DNA from: Escherichia phage LF82-9
Direction: 5' to 3' (one strand)
DNA length: 64,000 nt
Sequence record: PV660452
Both the position numbers and the translations under genes were made by a program. How positions within the stretch are numbered: position 1 is the stretch's first letter; the number at the start of each line of letters is the position of its first letter. Shown here one piece after another: positions 38,382-47,803 of the stretch. The notes beneath the pieces were generated by a model. The model saw nothing but the letters and a program-made list of their open reading frames with translations, did not search any database and was not told the DNA's origin.

Positions 38382-38743
38382 TATAGACTCTCAGTAAAGG
38401 TACGAGCGATAACGTCGCGCTGCTGTTCCGGAGTCAGAGAGTTAAAGCGAACTGCATAACCGGATACACGAATGGTCAGCTGAGGATATTTTTCCGGATG
38501 CTTAACTGCATCTTCCAGAGTTTCACGACGCAGAACGTTAACGTTCAGGTGTTGACCACCTTCAATTTTAACTTTAGGTTGATGTTCAATTTCAATTTCA
38601 CGGGCATGTAAACCGTAGAAAATTTCCGGGTCTACAATAGCGTCTTCTTTAAAAGTCTTAGAGACGATAATCCGGGCTTGAGTACCATCTTCAAAATAAA
38701 TAGTGCCTTTATGTACACCTTCAAGAATTTGATATGCTTTCAT
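38381..38743 (-). CDS. autonomous glycyl radical cofactor (GrcA/YfiD-like; T4 Y06I-like)
   Basis: C-terminal half near-identical to E. coli GrcA incl. glycyl-radical motif RVSGYAV. Confidence 0.85.
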   Translation of the reverse strand: MKAYQILEGVHKGTIYFEDGTQARIIVSKTFKEDAIVDPEIFYGLHAREIEIEHQPKVKIEGGQHLNVNVLRRETLEDAVKHPEKYPQLTIRVSGYAVRFNSLTPEQQRDVIARTFTESL

Positions 38744-38749
38744 ATAACC

Positions 38750-39058
38750 TCAATTAGAAAATAAATTTATCCAAGTTTTTTCTTTAATCAAAAATGGGTC
38801 GGAATTAAACGCCATTAAACTTTGAGTGATTAATCCCTTAAACGGCCCATCAATAAATTCCATTTTGAAATGCGGAATACTAGTCATCAACCGTGCATTA
38901 GGAGCAGTACAAAGAACCTGCTGCCCCGCGAAAGGACCTTTAGTCAAACTGTATCGTTTAGGTTTAAAATGGTAAATCTCATAATTTTCTACAAGAGCCC
39001 TTTTATTGCATACTGGGCTGTTATAACAATATTCAAAAACTTCAATAGTGGTCATCAT
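38750..39058 (-). CDS. hypothetical protein
   Basis: 102-aa ORF. Confidence 0.45.
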   Translation of the reverse strand: MMTTIEVFEYCYNSPVCNKRALVENYEIYHFKPKRYSLTKGPFAGQQVLCTAPNARLMTSIPHFKMEFIDGPFKGLITQSLMAFNSDPFLIKEKTWINLFSN

Positions 39059-39595
39059 TGCATTCCAATCACAAAAAATTGAGGACGAGCATTACCGCCG
39101 ATGCAATATTTGCTTTTGCAACAGTGTTGGACTGTTTTAATATGGACATTGTAAATCTTATCCATATCAGGAGCTTTAATAGGCTCGTCAATTATGTACA
39201 GAATACGAGAAAGCGTTAATCCACGGAATTTAGAACCTTCATTGCCAATAAAACTACGGACAGAATCGGTAAATAAACGGAATCGAATATCATCGCTAGA
39301 ATAACGAGAAAATTCTTTTTTTAATGTTGCCAGCAGAAATTTTAGCATAGGCTGAAGTATTAGAAAGAACAATAACTGTTCCACCATCATACAGCCAATT
39401 AGCAGCAAAGTTAGTCACAGCAATTGATTTACCTGATTGTCGGCCGCCGTCTAAACGAAGTGTACAGTACTGCTTGAGTACGTCTTCAAACGGTGGGATA
39501 TAACCGTTCTTACAAATTTCTTCTACTCTAGCATCAGAATGGTGTGTAAAAGCATTCATCAGGGATAGATAAGGTCCAGTTAAAAATGTTCTCAT
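39055..39595 (-). pseudogene. P-loop NTPase gene split by a frameshift at a T7 homopolymer (39316..39322)
   Basis: N-part carries Walker A GGRQSGKS, C-part Walker B LYIIDEP; removing one T fuses both frames (..AGNIKK|EFSRYSSDD..). Confidence 0.55.
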
Positions 39596-39672
39596 TTAGT
39601 TTCTCTTTTAGGTTGGGCCATTCCGTGGCGCATGAATTGTCCATTTCTGTATTTACCCCTCTAAGTAATTAT

Positions 39673-39706
39673 GAATATACTATCACAATTCTAGGAGAAA
39701 GTAAAC
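39673..39706 (-). promoter_or_regulatory. early promoter/stem-loop cassette
   Basis: GTTTACT N17 TAGTAT. Confidence 0.4.
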
Positions 39707-39708
39707 TG

Positions 39709-40011
39709 TTATTTACCTTTAATTACTTTAGCTGCTTCGATAGCCGCTTGCTGAAGGTCATCCATAGACATACCGAATTTAGAAGCAAAGTTATCAATTT
39801 TCTTTTCGACAGCATTCAAAGGCTTGGCCTGTTTACCTTCATTAGCGCCAGGAAGAGCGAGAATACGCTCTTTGTCAATATAAAGGCTTACAAGTTTCTT
39901 ACGGTCTTTATCGGACAAATCATGAAATGAATGGGCCTTTTTATTTATAGCGGCTTCTAATTTACCTGCACTCACTCGCGCTTCAGTAATAAATTCTTGA
40001 TATGTTTTCAT
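39709..40011 (-). CDS. internal protein (IP) with capsid-targeting N-terminus
   Basis: N-terminus MKTYQEFITEA as in T4 IPI/II/III. Confidence 0.7.
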   Translation of the reverse strand: MKTYQEFITEARVSAGKLEAAINKKAHSFHDLSDKDRKKLVSLYIDKERILALPGANEGKQAKPLNAVEKKIDNFASKFGMSMDDLQQAAIEAAKVIKGK

Positions 40012-40075
40012 TTTTTGTTTCCTTGTTTGTTTTGATAGAGTAATTATACCATATTAATACTTAAGCGTAAACAAT

Positions 40076-40336
40076 TTAAGCTTTACCGCCAGAAATAATT
40101 CCGAAGTTGTTAAAATCGTATCCAATATCGTCAACATCTACTTTAGGATTTACTACAACATAAGCAATTTCACTACGTTTTGCATAGGTGTTGATTTCTT
40201 TACCATCGCCACCTAAGAAAGAATACCCATTACGTTTTAATGAGCCAAAGTCTTCGGCATCACCAATGAAAGCTTTAACTTTAAATTTAGGACCTTTGGC
40301 ATCTGCTTCAATGATAAATTCTTGATACATTTTCAT
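40076..40336 (-). CDS. internal protein-like with capsid-targeting N-terminus
   Basis: N-terminus MKMYQEFIIEA. Confidence 0.65.
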   Translation of the reverse strand: MKMYQEFIIEADAKGPKFKVKAFIGDAEDFGSLKRNGYSFLGGDGKEINTYAKRSEIAYVVVNPKVDVDDIGYDFNNFGIISGGKA

Positions 40337-40342
40337 TTTTCC

Positions 40343-40756
40343 TTAGTAAATTGATTTACCATAGTATTTGTACCAAGTAGGACGTTGAGCAATTTTTTCA
40401 TCTAAGCGTGCTTGACTTATCGCAACGGACGCTTCGGACGGGACATAATTATTACGAAATTCGGCAGGGATGTCGGAAATATCCTGGACTGTCGTGTCCT
40501 TGATTTTGAAACCACGTTTCAAGCATTCAGCGATTAGCTCGATTTGTCGTAAACGTAAAAATTCAAGTTTGTCGTAAAAGAATGTTACGTGACCTGTGCC
40601 TAAGATAAATGTTGGAGAGATTTTAAAATCCTTTACACGTTTACCGTTTTGGACATGTTTACGGACTGCACTAAATACGCGTGGTAATTCACGATACTCA
40701 GCCATAAGATGTTGATCGGTCAGTTCAGAAACAAGTGTTAAATTGATACGAGTCAT
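40343..40756 (-). CDS. denV: endonuclease V (pyrimidine dimer glycosylase DenV)
   Basis: [27 protein letters not shown].. near-identical to T4 DenV. Confidence 0.93.
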   Translation of the reverse strand: MTRINLTLVSELTDQHLMAEYRELPRVFSAVRKHVQNGKRVKDFKISPTFILGTGHVTFFYDKLEFLRLRQIELIAECLKRGFKIKDTTVQDISDIPAEFRNNYVPSEASVAISQARLDEKIAQRPTWYKYYGKSIY

Positions 40757-40774
40757 AATTTCCTCCAAGTAGTT

Positions 40775-40813
40775 GATGAATGTATAGTATCAAAACCCTT
40801 GGAGGAAGTAAAC
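40775..40813 (-). promoter_or_regulatory. early promoter/stem-loop cassette upstream of denV
   Basis: GTTTACT followed by hairpin and TA-rich -10. Confidence 0.4.
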
Positions 40814-40814
40814 A

Positions 40815-41096
40815 CTATTTTTCTGAAGCGCCTGAAATATATTTTTCAAGACGTTGTTTCATCAGCGAGCCGTTCTTAGCGATTTCTTCCGGTTTATCGC
40901 ACATACGTAACAAGGCTTCAAGCTTAGCGATATCGCTGGTACGTTCAAATTTGCGAGTATCTATCTTACTAGCAAGTTCAGAAATACGTGCTAATAGACT
41001 TTCGGCTTCAACCAAAGCTGCACCTAGCTTAGTTGCAAATGTGTCAGTAGCTTCGTTAAGAATAGATTCTGATAAAAATTCACTATATGTTTTCAT
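40815..41096 (-). CDS. internal protein-like with capsid-targeting N-terminus
   Basis: [11 protein letters not shown]... Confidence 0.55.
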   Translation of the reverse strand: MKTYSEFLSESILNEATDTFATKLGAALVEAESLLARISELASKIDTRKFERTSDIAKLEALLRMCDKPEEIAKNGSLMKQRLEKYISGASEK

Positions 41097-41581
41097 ATAT
41101 ACGCTTTCCAAGTTCCTGTTTTAAATGTTGAGATTACGCGTTTCGCGCGATTAGGTGTCTGACGATACCATTTAGATTGGGCGAGATTTACTGCCGCTTC
41201 ATCCCAACGTTTCTGTTGAAGCATACGAAGAGAATTAGTAAAACCAGCAACGCCTGCTACACCCATTTGGAAGACCATATTGACCAATGCACACCGACGA
41301 ACTGCATCTAAAGAATCATATACCGGTTTAAGTTTAGCATTACCCAAGATTCCGCGAACGGCTTTATCGACGTCTTCATTAAATAGCTTTTCAGCCTCAT
41401 CAAGGGTAATTGTACCGTTGCATTTACGACCGATCATTCTGTCAAGTTCAGCTTTAGCTACGGCTAAAGACGGGTTCTTTGTTACCAAGTGGCCTATGCC
41501 AATCGTCCAAAAGCCTTCAGTGTCTTTGTATAAAGTCAGTCTAAGACCTTCGTCATTACGAAGCATTTCAAATATATTCAT
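41093..41581 (-). CDS. e: lysozyme (gene e)
   Basis: [29 protein letters not shown] near-identical to T4 lysozyme. Confidence 0.97.
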   Translation of the reverse strand: MNIFEMLRNDEGLRLTLYKDTEGFWTIGIGHLVTKNPSLAVAKAELDRMIGRKCNGTITLDEAEKLFNEDVDKAVRGILGNAKLKPVYDSLDAVRRCALVNMVFQMGVAGVAGFTNSLRMLQQKRWDEAAVNLAQSKWYRQTPNRAKRVISTFKTGTWKAYI

Positions 41582-41609
41582 AATACCTCCCACGTTTATA
41601 GGAGGTATT
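41582..41609 (-). promoter_or_regulatory. RBS-sequestering hairpin with late-promoter-like TATAAAC in the loop, upstream of gene e
   Basis: Minus strand AATACCTCC-TATAAACGTG-GGAGGTATT then ATG; SD GGAGG paired with ACCTCC. Confidence 0.5.
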
Positions 41610-41615
41610 TATTAC

Positions 41616-42074
41616 TTATAGGATGGTAGTGAGCACCTTATATAATGATTTGCCCATTACATATTCCCATTGAGAAGGTTTAATTAAAGCGAATGCATCA
41701 AATTCAGGAATCTGTCGTCCGTCCTGGAATGTATGATATGAATTACAAACACTGTTTCTGAATTGCTCGTGCTCTACAGGGATGGTATATAGGAACAGAT
41801 GAATATTCTTATTGTCTGAGTAATGATGTTCACCTAGGTCTTTCAGGAAGGCAGGGTCATATTGTGTAAACCCAGTTTCTTCTTCGCATTCACGAATAGC
41901 GGCTTCGATAGGAGATTCGCCAGGTTCGACACGGCCTTTAGGAATATCCCACCGATGAGCTAATGCACCTTTAGGACGAGAACCAGTTACACGACCCATG
42001 AATAATTCTTTATCTTTTGTCATGAAGATAATACCGGCTGATAGTTCTTTCACTTTATTTTTCTTACTCATCAT
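41616..42074 (-). CDS. nudE: Nudix hydrolase NudE
   Basis: Nudix box GRVEPGESPIEAAIRECEEETG. Confidence 0.88.
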   Translation of the reverse strand: MMSKKNKVKELSAGIIFMTKDKELFMGRVTGSRPKGALAHRWDIPKGRVEPGESPIEAAIRECEEETGFTQYDPAFLKDLGEHHYSDNKNIHLFLYTIPVEHEQFRNSVCNSYHTFQDGRQIPEFDAFALIKPSQWEYVMGKSLYKVLTTIL

Positions 42075-42315
42075 CTCGGTCCCATGATTTGGCCATTAAT
42101 TCGGACATAAATTCTTCAATACGCGTTTCTTTAGATGGACTTTCACTATTAGAGACCGCAAGTTTGTAATCTGCAATAGGACTGAACAAATCAAGGTCCG
42201 TATTAAGGTCGTCTTTGATTTTTTCTTCTGACACATCTTTATCATATGTGTACAGATAACTATCACATGATTCTGATTTAATGTAAATTGCTATACTCAT
42301 CTCAAATTCCTGCAT
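42064..42315 (-). CDS. hypothetical acidic protein
   Basis: 83-aa ORF. Confidence 0.4.
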   Translation of the reverse strand: MQEFEMSIAIYIKSESCDSYLYTYDKDVSEEKIKDDLNTDLDLFSPIADYKLAVSNSESPSKETRIEEFMSELMAKSWDRDDE

Positions 42316-42680
42316 TCGGTAATAAAACGTTCAACTTCGTTATTCTTGGCCTTTATCTTGTCTTTACGTTCCTGTAAACTACTTTTAACAAGATTAATAA
42401 TGATGCCTATAGTACCTCCACCAATTATACCACCAATTATACTTACGATAGTAGATGCCAATAAGATAGCGATAATATCTGGTATGGCAAAGGCACTTAC
42501 TTTAGTACTAAAAAACCATACCGACGGTACAAATATAATCCATCCTGTTATCCATTGGCACTTATTGAAAAACTTTTCAAGATCAGCTTGAGTTGTTCGT
42601 ATTACTTCATCGATAGGTTGATATCCATTAATGTATCTGTTCACGATAATACCTTCGTTGCCATCGTCTATATTAACCAA
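42297..42680 (-). CDS. membrane protein
   Basis: Gly-rich hydrophobic segment IVSIIGGIIGGGTIGIIINL. Confidence 0.45.
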   Translation of the reverse strand: MVNIDDGNEGIIVNRYINGYQPIDEVIRTTQADLEKFFNKCQWITGWIIFVPSVWFFSTKVSAFAIPDIIAILLASTIVSIIGGIIGGGTIGIIINLVKSSLQERKDKIKAKNNEVERFITECRNLR

Positions 42681-42696
42681 TATGTTTTGTTAATCA

Positions 42697-43383
42697 TTAC
42701 CAGCCTTCCATAGGGAATTCCAGATAAACTTGGGCATTGACGCGAATTTCATTGGTAATCTTTTTAACTCGGTCTGTATTACGAGATACACGTCCGAACC
42801 AACGCCATCCATTACTAATTGCACGAGAACCAGTGTGCCATGTTTGCCAATCAAACTGAAGAAGAGTACGGTCTGGAGCTTCCCATTTCTCTAGTTCACC
42901 TTTTTCAATTTTTTCGAGGACTTCTTTGTGCCATTGGCGATAGATAAGTTCGCCATCAGGAATCTGACTGAACTCTGCAGTTCCTGTTGCAAAATGAGTA
43001 GGACACACGTCAGCGTTAACAAGACCAAGAATATGTTCAGACAAATAGCGAGGATTGTCATAGTCAGGTTGTCCTGCAGTAATAAAATGTTGACCAACCG
43101 GAATATCCGGGCGTGGTACATCATCATGGTGATAACCTGGGATAGCAGGGTACCAACCAGGCATCAGCATGTGGACTCGTGAATCAAATACAACCTGGTC
43201 GGTGTTCCAATCATCCGGCAAGTTCATGATGAAGCTGCGAGTAATAGGACCGCCGTTATTATAAGCAAATTCTAAACTACAGTTGAAGAACATAGGCTCG
43301 TTCTTGATTTTATCATTAGAAATACCGCCGGCAAAACCACCTACTGCACGAGCTTGACTATTAAACACTTTAGAACTATTCAT
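42697..43383 (-). CDS. hypothetical protein
   Basis: 228-aa ORF. Confidence 0.5.
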   Translation of the reverse strand: MNSSKVFNSQARAVGGFAGGISNDKIKNEPMFFNCSLEFAYNNGGPITRSFIMNLPDDWNTDQVVFDSRVHMLMPGWYPAIPGYHHDDVPRPDIPVGQHFITAGQPDYDNPRYLSEHILGLVNADVCPTHFATGTAEFSQIPDGELIYRQWHKEVLEKIEKGELEKWEAPDRTLLQFDWQTWHTGSRAISNGWRWFGRVSRNTDRVKKITNEIRVNAQVYLEFPMEGW

Positions 43384-43384
43384 A

Positions 43385-43690
43385 TTATTTTCCTCGACAT
43401 TCTTTAATGAAATTTTCTAGATTGGTAGATTCAATAGCTTTTTTACGAGCTTCTGCATGTTCTTCTTCAGACAATTTACATTTATAATTAACCCAGACGT
43501 TATGGTCAAAACTAGTCGTGGCATATAATAACAAAGCCCCGACGAATAATAAAAATGGCGATAAGAATACAAAACCAGGAACACCATCCATATCGTAAGC
43601 CTTTTGTAATACTGCAACAGAAAGAGCTGCGTAAAAAAGTGATACAAATATTGTTAAAAGACCAATTCGGTTGGTTTCTGTTAATTTCAT
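43385..43690 (-). CDS. membrane protein
   Basis: Two hydrophobic helices. Confidence 0.45.
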   Translation of the reverse strand: MKLTETNRIGLLTIFVSLFYAALSVAVLQKAYDMDGVPGFVFLSPFLLFVGALLLYATTSFDHNVWVNYKCKLSEEEHAEARKKAIESTNLENFIKECRGK

Positions 43691-43710
43691 AATATTCTCC
43701 TCATGTTTTA

Positions 43711-43748
43711 ATAGGACTACTATAACATAGTCCTATAATTGTGTAAAC
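43711..43748 (-). promoter_or_regulatory. early promoter/stem-loop cassette
   Basis: GTTTACA N17 TATAGT with inverted repeat ATAGGACTA/TAGTCCTAT. Confidence 0.45.
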
Positions 43749-43760
43749 AGTTTTGTGAAA

Positions 43761-44717
43761 TTATTTGAAAGGTTTTACCATATGAAAGTTTTGTTTGAAA
43801 CGCTTGACGTAATCGTCGTGTCCTAAGCTTTGGTACATACTTACTACTTTGCTATAATTTTCCCAAGCGAACTCACGGAACCATCCTGATGTGATTGATG
43901 TACAGACCTTTTCAAGGGCCATCATAAAACTATCACGTGGATGGATTTCAAAGTTATTAGGAATCTGAGAACGTTCTAACGCTAGTACACATGATTCTTC
44001 GTATACGCCGGCCAATTTGACCATTTCTGGTAATGATTCGAACTTCTCGCGTGAGGTCATGACTTCAGAACCATCTTTCATATAAAATGTATACGCTGGA
44101 CGGTCCGTTAGTGCAATGGCTTCGTGAATAGTATCATGGTCATACGTATAGATGTCATCTTTAAAGAATGCGCTTTTAGAAGTGTCAAGAACTGGGTGAG
44201 CATAGTTCAAGGTTTCTTTCTGGCGTTTCAGCATAATTTCATTAAGTTCATCGTTCAGTGTAACACCTTTACCACGAAGATACTGAATATGGTTCATAGT
44301 CTTTAAAAAGAATGGATTATTTTTCTTGAAACGATGGGACATCTTAATTGCAAGGCACATCTCAGGAGTTGCCCAGTAAAACCCGTTCAAACGGTCTTTA
44401 GTCAAATTTTTCTTGGCGTATTTTAAAAGGTCATAAGAAGACGTGAAATCTTCAGGAGTGAGTTCACCGACTAATTCACGGACATTAGTGATTGCCGGAA
44501 CAATATATGCTTCAAAATGAGTTTCGCGCCCATTATGGAAGCATTTGAAAACTTGGACATCAGGGTTATCTTGGTGAACATATACACCCATCATTTGATT
44601 TTTGAATGCATTCCAAGAACCTTGGTCCGCAATAAAGTCCCAATCACTATTTTTAATAGCGCTAGAATCAATAAGACCGTGATAGTGAAGTGCACGAGAA
44701 CCAATAACTAACATCAT
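43761..44717 (-). CDS. hypothetical protein
   Basis: 318-aa ORF. Confidence 0.5.
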   Translation of the reverse strand: MMLVIGSRALHYHGLIDSSAIKNSDWDFIADQGSWNAFKNQMMGVYVHQDNPDVQVFKCFHNGRETHFEAYIVPAITNVRELVGELTPEDFTSSYDLLKYAKKNLTKDRLNGFYWATPEMCLAIKMSHRFKKNNPFFLKTMNHIQYLRGKGVTLNDELNEIMLKRQKETLNYAHPVLDTSKSAFFKDDIYTYDHDTIHEAIALTDRPAYTFYMKDGSEVMTSREKFESLPEMVKLAGVYEESCVLALERSQIPNNFEIHPRDSFMMALEKVCTSITSGWFREFAWENYSKVVSMYQSLGHDDYVKRFKQNFHMVKPFK

Positions 44718-44745
44718 AATATTTTCCTCGGATTAATTCATTAAC

Positions 44746-44997
44746 TTAAATTTCACGACATGCGATATTATATTCATCCCAGAGGTCATCATGTGAAGCC
44801 TCTACCAATGGAACGATTGTACCGTTTATGTCTTCATTATAAGGGCAAATTGTACAGTGCGCATCTTCGAATCGGATGCCTTTGTGTTCAGATTTTTTAT
44901 AACGCATATCGAATATCTTTGCAAACTTTTCACGAGTAATGGTTTTACCAACCACTTTGGTTCCGATACTTTCGTAATAAATCATTGTGGACTCCAT
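44746..44997 (-). CDS. hypothetical protein
   Basis: 83-aa ORF. Confidence 0.45.
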   Translation of the reverse strand: MESTMIYYESIGTKVVGKTITREKFAKIFDMRYKKSEHKGIRFEDAHCTICPYNEDINGTIVPLVEASHDDLWDEYNIACREI

Positions 44998-45004
44998 TTG
45001 TTTT

Positions 45005-45043
45005 GATAGGACTACTATAACATAGCCCTATCTTGTTGTAAAC
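45005..45043 (-). promoter_or_regulatory. early promoter/stem-loop cassette
   Basis: GTTTACA N17 TATAGT, sequence nearly identical to 43711 cassette. Confidence 0.45.
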
Positions 45044-45047
45044 TGTT

Positions 45048-45245
45048 TTAGCAAGAATAACTAGATGATACCCAGCCTTGAACAGTGATACTATTGTGGG
45101 ATAATGAGATCGCGTCCTGGAGATTCAGACCTGCGTTATCTTCAATCCATAATGTAACTTCTTCGCGTTCTTCTGTTGCAATTTGGAACAGGTTTTCCAG
45201 AGCAGCTACTGCCGTACGTACAGCACAATCTAATTCACGAGACAT
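45048..45245 (-). CDS. small protein, member of tandem paralog triplet (C-terminal WVSSSxxC)
   Basis: Ends QGWVSSSYSC; identical TAAGGAATCAT-ATG junction to neighbours. Confidence 0.5.
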   Translation of the reverse strand: MSRELDCAVRTAVAALENLFQIATEEREEVTLWIEDNAGLNLQDAISLSHNSITVQGWVSSSYSC

Positions 45246-45254
45246 ATGATTTCC

Positions 45255-45527
45255 TTAGCATTCCATAGAAGATGCAACCCAACCACCTGATTCGAGGCTG
45301 GTGTAATATGAGTGTTGGTTGACAGTGGCCCAATTCGGATTGCCTTGTTCGGTATAATGCTCAAGTTCTTTTTTCAAGAATCCAGGAGAATAATACGTTC
45401 CACCCATACCATAAGCTGGATACAAGTCGAATGTTGTGTTTTGTTTATCAGCAATTTCTTTGGCAGCCTCAATAGCTGCATAGATTTTTGCTACAGCTTC
45501 AGCCAGTTCGGTTTGTTCTTTAGACAT
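45255..45527 (-). CDS. small protein, member of tandem paralog triplet
   Basis: Ends GGWVASSMEC. Confidence 0.5.
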   Translation of the reverse strand: MSKEQTELAEAVAKIYAAIEAAKEIADKQNTTFDLYPAYGMGGTYYSPGFLKKELEHYTEQGNPNWATVNQHSYYTSLESGGWVASSMEC

Positions 45528-45536
45528 AATGATTCC

Positions 45537-45842
45537 TTAGCACAACGCAGAAGACGAAACCCAAGCACCTTCAGTAATAACGTAACCATTACCTTCACGC
45601 TTAACATCGCCACCATTATTTTCAATTTCATCTTTCATCCACTGGGATACGATTTCACCCTTAGGATAATAAGTACGACCGCTACCATAATCACCTACAG
45701 AAAACGATACAGCGTATTGGTCTGCAATCTTTGTAGCTTCTTCTTCGATACGTTCAGCTTGATTCAGAAGTTTATAAATTGCATCTGAAGCGGATTTGGC
45801 ATCATTAAACTCTGGTACTTTAATTTCAATAATCTTACTCAT
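45537..45842 (-). CDS. small protein, member of tandem paralog triplet
   Basis: Ends GAWVSSSALC. Confidence 0.5.
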   Translation of the reverse strand: MSKIIEIKVPEFNDAKSASDAIYKLLNQAERIEEEATKIADQYAVSFSVGDYGSGRTYYPKGEIVSQWMKDEIENNGGDVKREGNGYVITEGAWVSSSALC

Positions 45843-46198
45843 TTTCTACATTCCTTAATAAAGTTTTCTATTGTTTCATTTTCACGTCTAGCTAGGAGTT
45901 CATTATAACTAATCATTTGAGAAGCGTAAACCTTTTTATTTTTCTTGTTATGGTTTATAAAATCGTAGTAAAAATAGACTACAGTACAAAATGATGCGAT
46001 GGATGCAAAGGCTTGAGTATATCGTAAGTCCTGCCATTGGTCTGTGAATCCACCGGTGTTCCCTATAAATCCTAACACAACTCCGTCAATAAGAAATCCA
46101 ACTAATCCAAAGGCAAATCCCATGCCAATACTCATAATAAAAATTAGAATGTTCTCACCGAGAGAAGGCCGTACGGTTAAGAGTTGAGGCTTTTGCAT
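45839..46198 (-). CDS. membrane protein
   Basis: Hydrophobic helices. Confidence 0.45.
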   Translation of the reverse strand: MQKPQLLTVRPSLGENILIFIMSIGMGFAFGLVGFLIDGVVLGFIGNTGGFTDQWQDLRYTQAFASIASFCTVVYFYYDFINHNKKNKKVYASQMISYNELLARRENETIENFIKECRK

Positions 46199-46572
46199 CT
46201 TATTTCCTTAACGAATTCCATAGCTTCTTCATATTCATACTTTTTAACAGCTTCAACATACTGAGCTTGGGCTTTTGCGCACTGAACTTTCCACTCGCGA
46301 ACTCGAGCTCTGTGATGACGGCCTTGGTGCCAATATCCTGCCCAATTAATAGGCATTAATAAAAACGGTACAATAAGTGGTGCGACGAACATTAATGAAA
46401 ACGCTGCATCAGACGTTATAACTTTATTGGAATCTAAAATAGCTCCTATAATCATAAAGATTAAAAATGCTAAAGCTAAAATAGGGCCAAATAGTACTTC
46501 GTTTGGGATTAATTTACGTTTGTATTCGTATGCCCAGGGCTTAATTGGCATGTACAGGGTTGGCTTTGACAT
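46177..46572 (-). CDS. membrane protein (start uncertain)
   Basis: Hydrophobic helices; internal ATGs at 46572/46551. Confidence 0.4.
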   Translation of the reverse strand: MSKPTLYMPIKPWAYEYKRKLIPNEVLFGPILALAFLIFMIIGAILDSNKVITSDAAFSLMFVAPLIVPFLLMPINWAGYWHQGRHHRARVREWKVQCAKAQAQYVEAVKKYEYEEAMEFVKEIRCKSLNS

Positions 46573-47137
46573 ATTCTCTACATTCCATAATAAATTGCTC
46601 AAGGATTAAATTGTTAGTGAAATTAGGACTAACAACCATAGTTTCATAAAGCGCATCAATAGCACTTAAAGCATCAACTCTTTTAAGCAAAGGCTTGCCT
46701 TCATACATAGTTTCAGAATCGATGATTAACGTAAAGTAATATTTTTTATTATCGACTAGAACTTCTGTATCGATATAAAACATATTAGACCTCAGAAGCT
46801 TATCTCTAAAACCATAATAATCTTCTGAACGTTCGCTGATATATTCCCATTCAGTGTTTAAACAACAAACAGACCATGTAGGAGCAACGAAATCAGTGAA
46901 TCTAATATCATGGTCTGCAACTAGTTTAGCAATAGCTCCGATATCATGAATCATAATACCTGGGGCTAATAAAGATTTTCGGCGATTTGCGTATTCAGTT
47001 GTCTCATAAGAAGCTGACCAGTACCATTTACGTCCAGTTGCAACATATCGTAATGAATCAACTAAAGACGTAGGTGGATTTACCTTATCTCGGAACTCTT
47101 CGAACATTGAGTCAATATCATTATTTTGGTTTCGCAT
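46541..47137 (-). CDS. hypothetical protein (ATG with AAAGGAG SD)
   Basis: MRNQNNDIDSMFEEF...; track start is TTG. Confidence 0.5.
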   Translation of the reverse strand: MRNQNNDIDSMFEEFRDKVNPPTSLVDSLRYVATGRKWYWSASYETTEYANRRKSLLAPGIMIHDIGAIAKLVADHDIRFTDFVAPTWSVCCLNTEWEYISERSEDYYGFRDKLLRSNMFYIDTEVLVDNKKYYFTLIIDSETMYEGKPLLKRVDALSAIDALYETMVVSPNFTNNLILEQFIMECREYVKANPVHAN

Positions 47138-47160
47138 GTTAACTCCTTTATTATCCAAAA

Positions 47161-47178
47161 GGAGGACCGGAGTCCTCC
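47161..47178 (-). terminator. intrinsic terminator hairpin
   Basis: GGAGGAC-TCCG-GTCCTCC followed by TTTT on minus strand. Confidence 0.45.
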
Positions 47179-47186
47179 GTATTATT

Positions 47187-47780
47187 TTATTTCAAAGAGT
47201 TAATATATTCTTGTACATCAGCAGAAGTGGTTTCGACACCGGCTGGAGTACCATTGAACGTTTCAACACGAGTCAGAGTGTCTTCGATATCAACCTTAGT
47301 CAGTGCAGCGATTTCAATTACATCATCGGCCGTAGAGATACCAAGGGCATTGGCTGCTCGAGTTTCACGAATGTATTCGAGTTTGATTGCCAGGTTCTGA
47401 CGAGCATCGTCAAGTTCAACCACCTTACGAGCAATTTCAATTCGCATAGCGGCATACCCGTCAGCTTTTGTATTAAGTTGTTCGGCAGTTCGACGATACA
47501 GAAGACCAAGCTTAGCATGCATGGTAACATCTTGTCCTTCAGCCAGGAGCTTACGAATTTCACGTTCCTTAGAAGCGGCTTGCTTGTTCTTTTCATTAAC
47601 AAGTTCGCGAATACGTTTTTCTTCATTAATAGATTTAACAGAAGCCGTTTTTAGTTCTTTGATCTGGGTAATCAACTTATCTGCAGCTGCGTTATACTGT
47701 TCTTCGACAGTCAGATTTTTAGCCATAGCAGTACCCAGTTTAGTGCGGATAAATTCAACAAGTTTCTTCAGTGTGTTCAT
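47187..47780 (-). CDS. coiled-coil protein (PspA-like appearance, unverified)
   Basis: [10 protein letters not shown]...; long heptad-like helical sequence. Confidence 0.5.
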   Translation of the reverse strand: MNTLKKLVEFIRTKLGTAMAKNLTVEEQYNAAADKLITQIKELKTASVKSINEEKRIRELVNEKNKQAASKEREIRKLLAEGQDVTMHAKLGLLYRRTAEQLNTKADGYAAMRIEIARKVVELDDARQNLAIKLEYIRETRAANALGISTADDVIEIAALTKVDIEDTLTRVETFNGTPAGVETTSADVQEYINSLK

Positions 47781-47803
47781 ATTATTACCTTTCAATTGGT
47801 GGT

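Noticed and set aside
39055-39595. Treating 39296..39595 and 39055..39408 as two independent overlapping genes
   Set aside because: Walker A and Walker B of one P-loop fold are split between them and the frames join at a homopolymer; a single frameshifted gene explains the data better.
43761-44717. Nucleotidyltransferase motif in the 318-aa protein (GSRALHYHG...SDWDF)
   Set aside because: Spacing between GS and DxD is longer than the canonical 9-13 residues and nothing else supports it; left as hypothetical.
47187-47780. Firm assignment of the coiled-coil protein as PspA/IM30
   Set aside because: The resemblance rests only on heptad-like helical composition; cannot be verified without a profile search.
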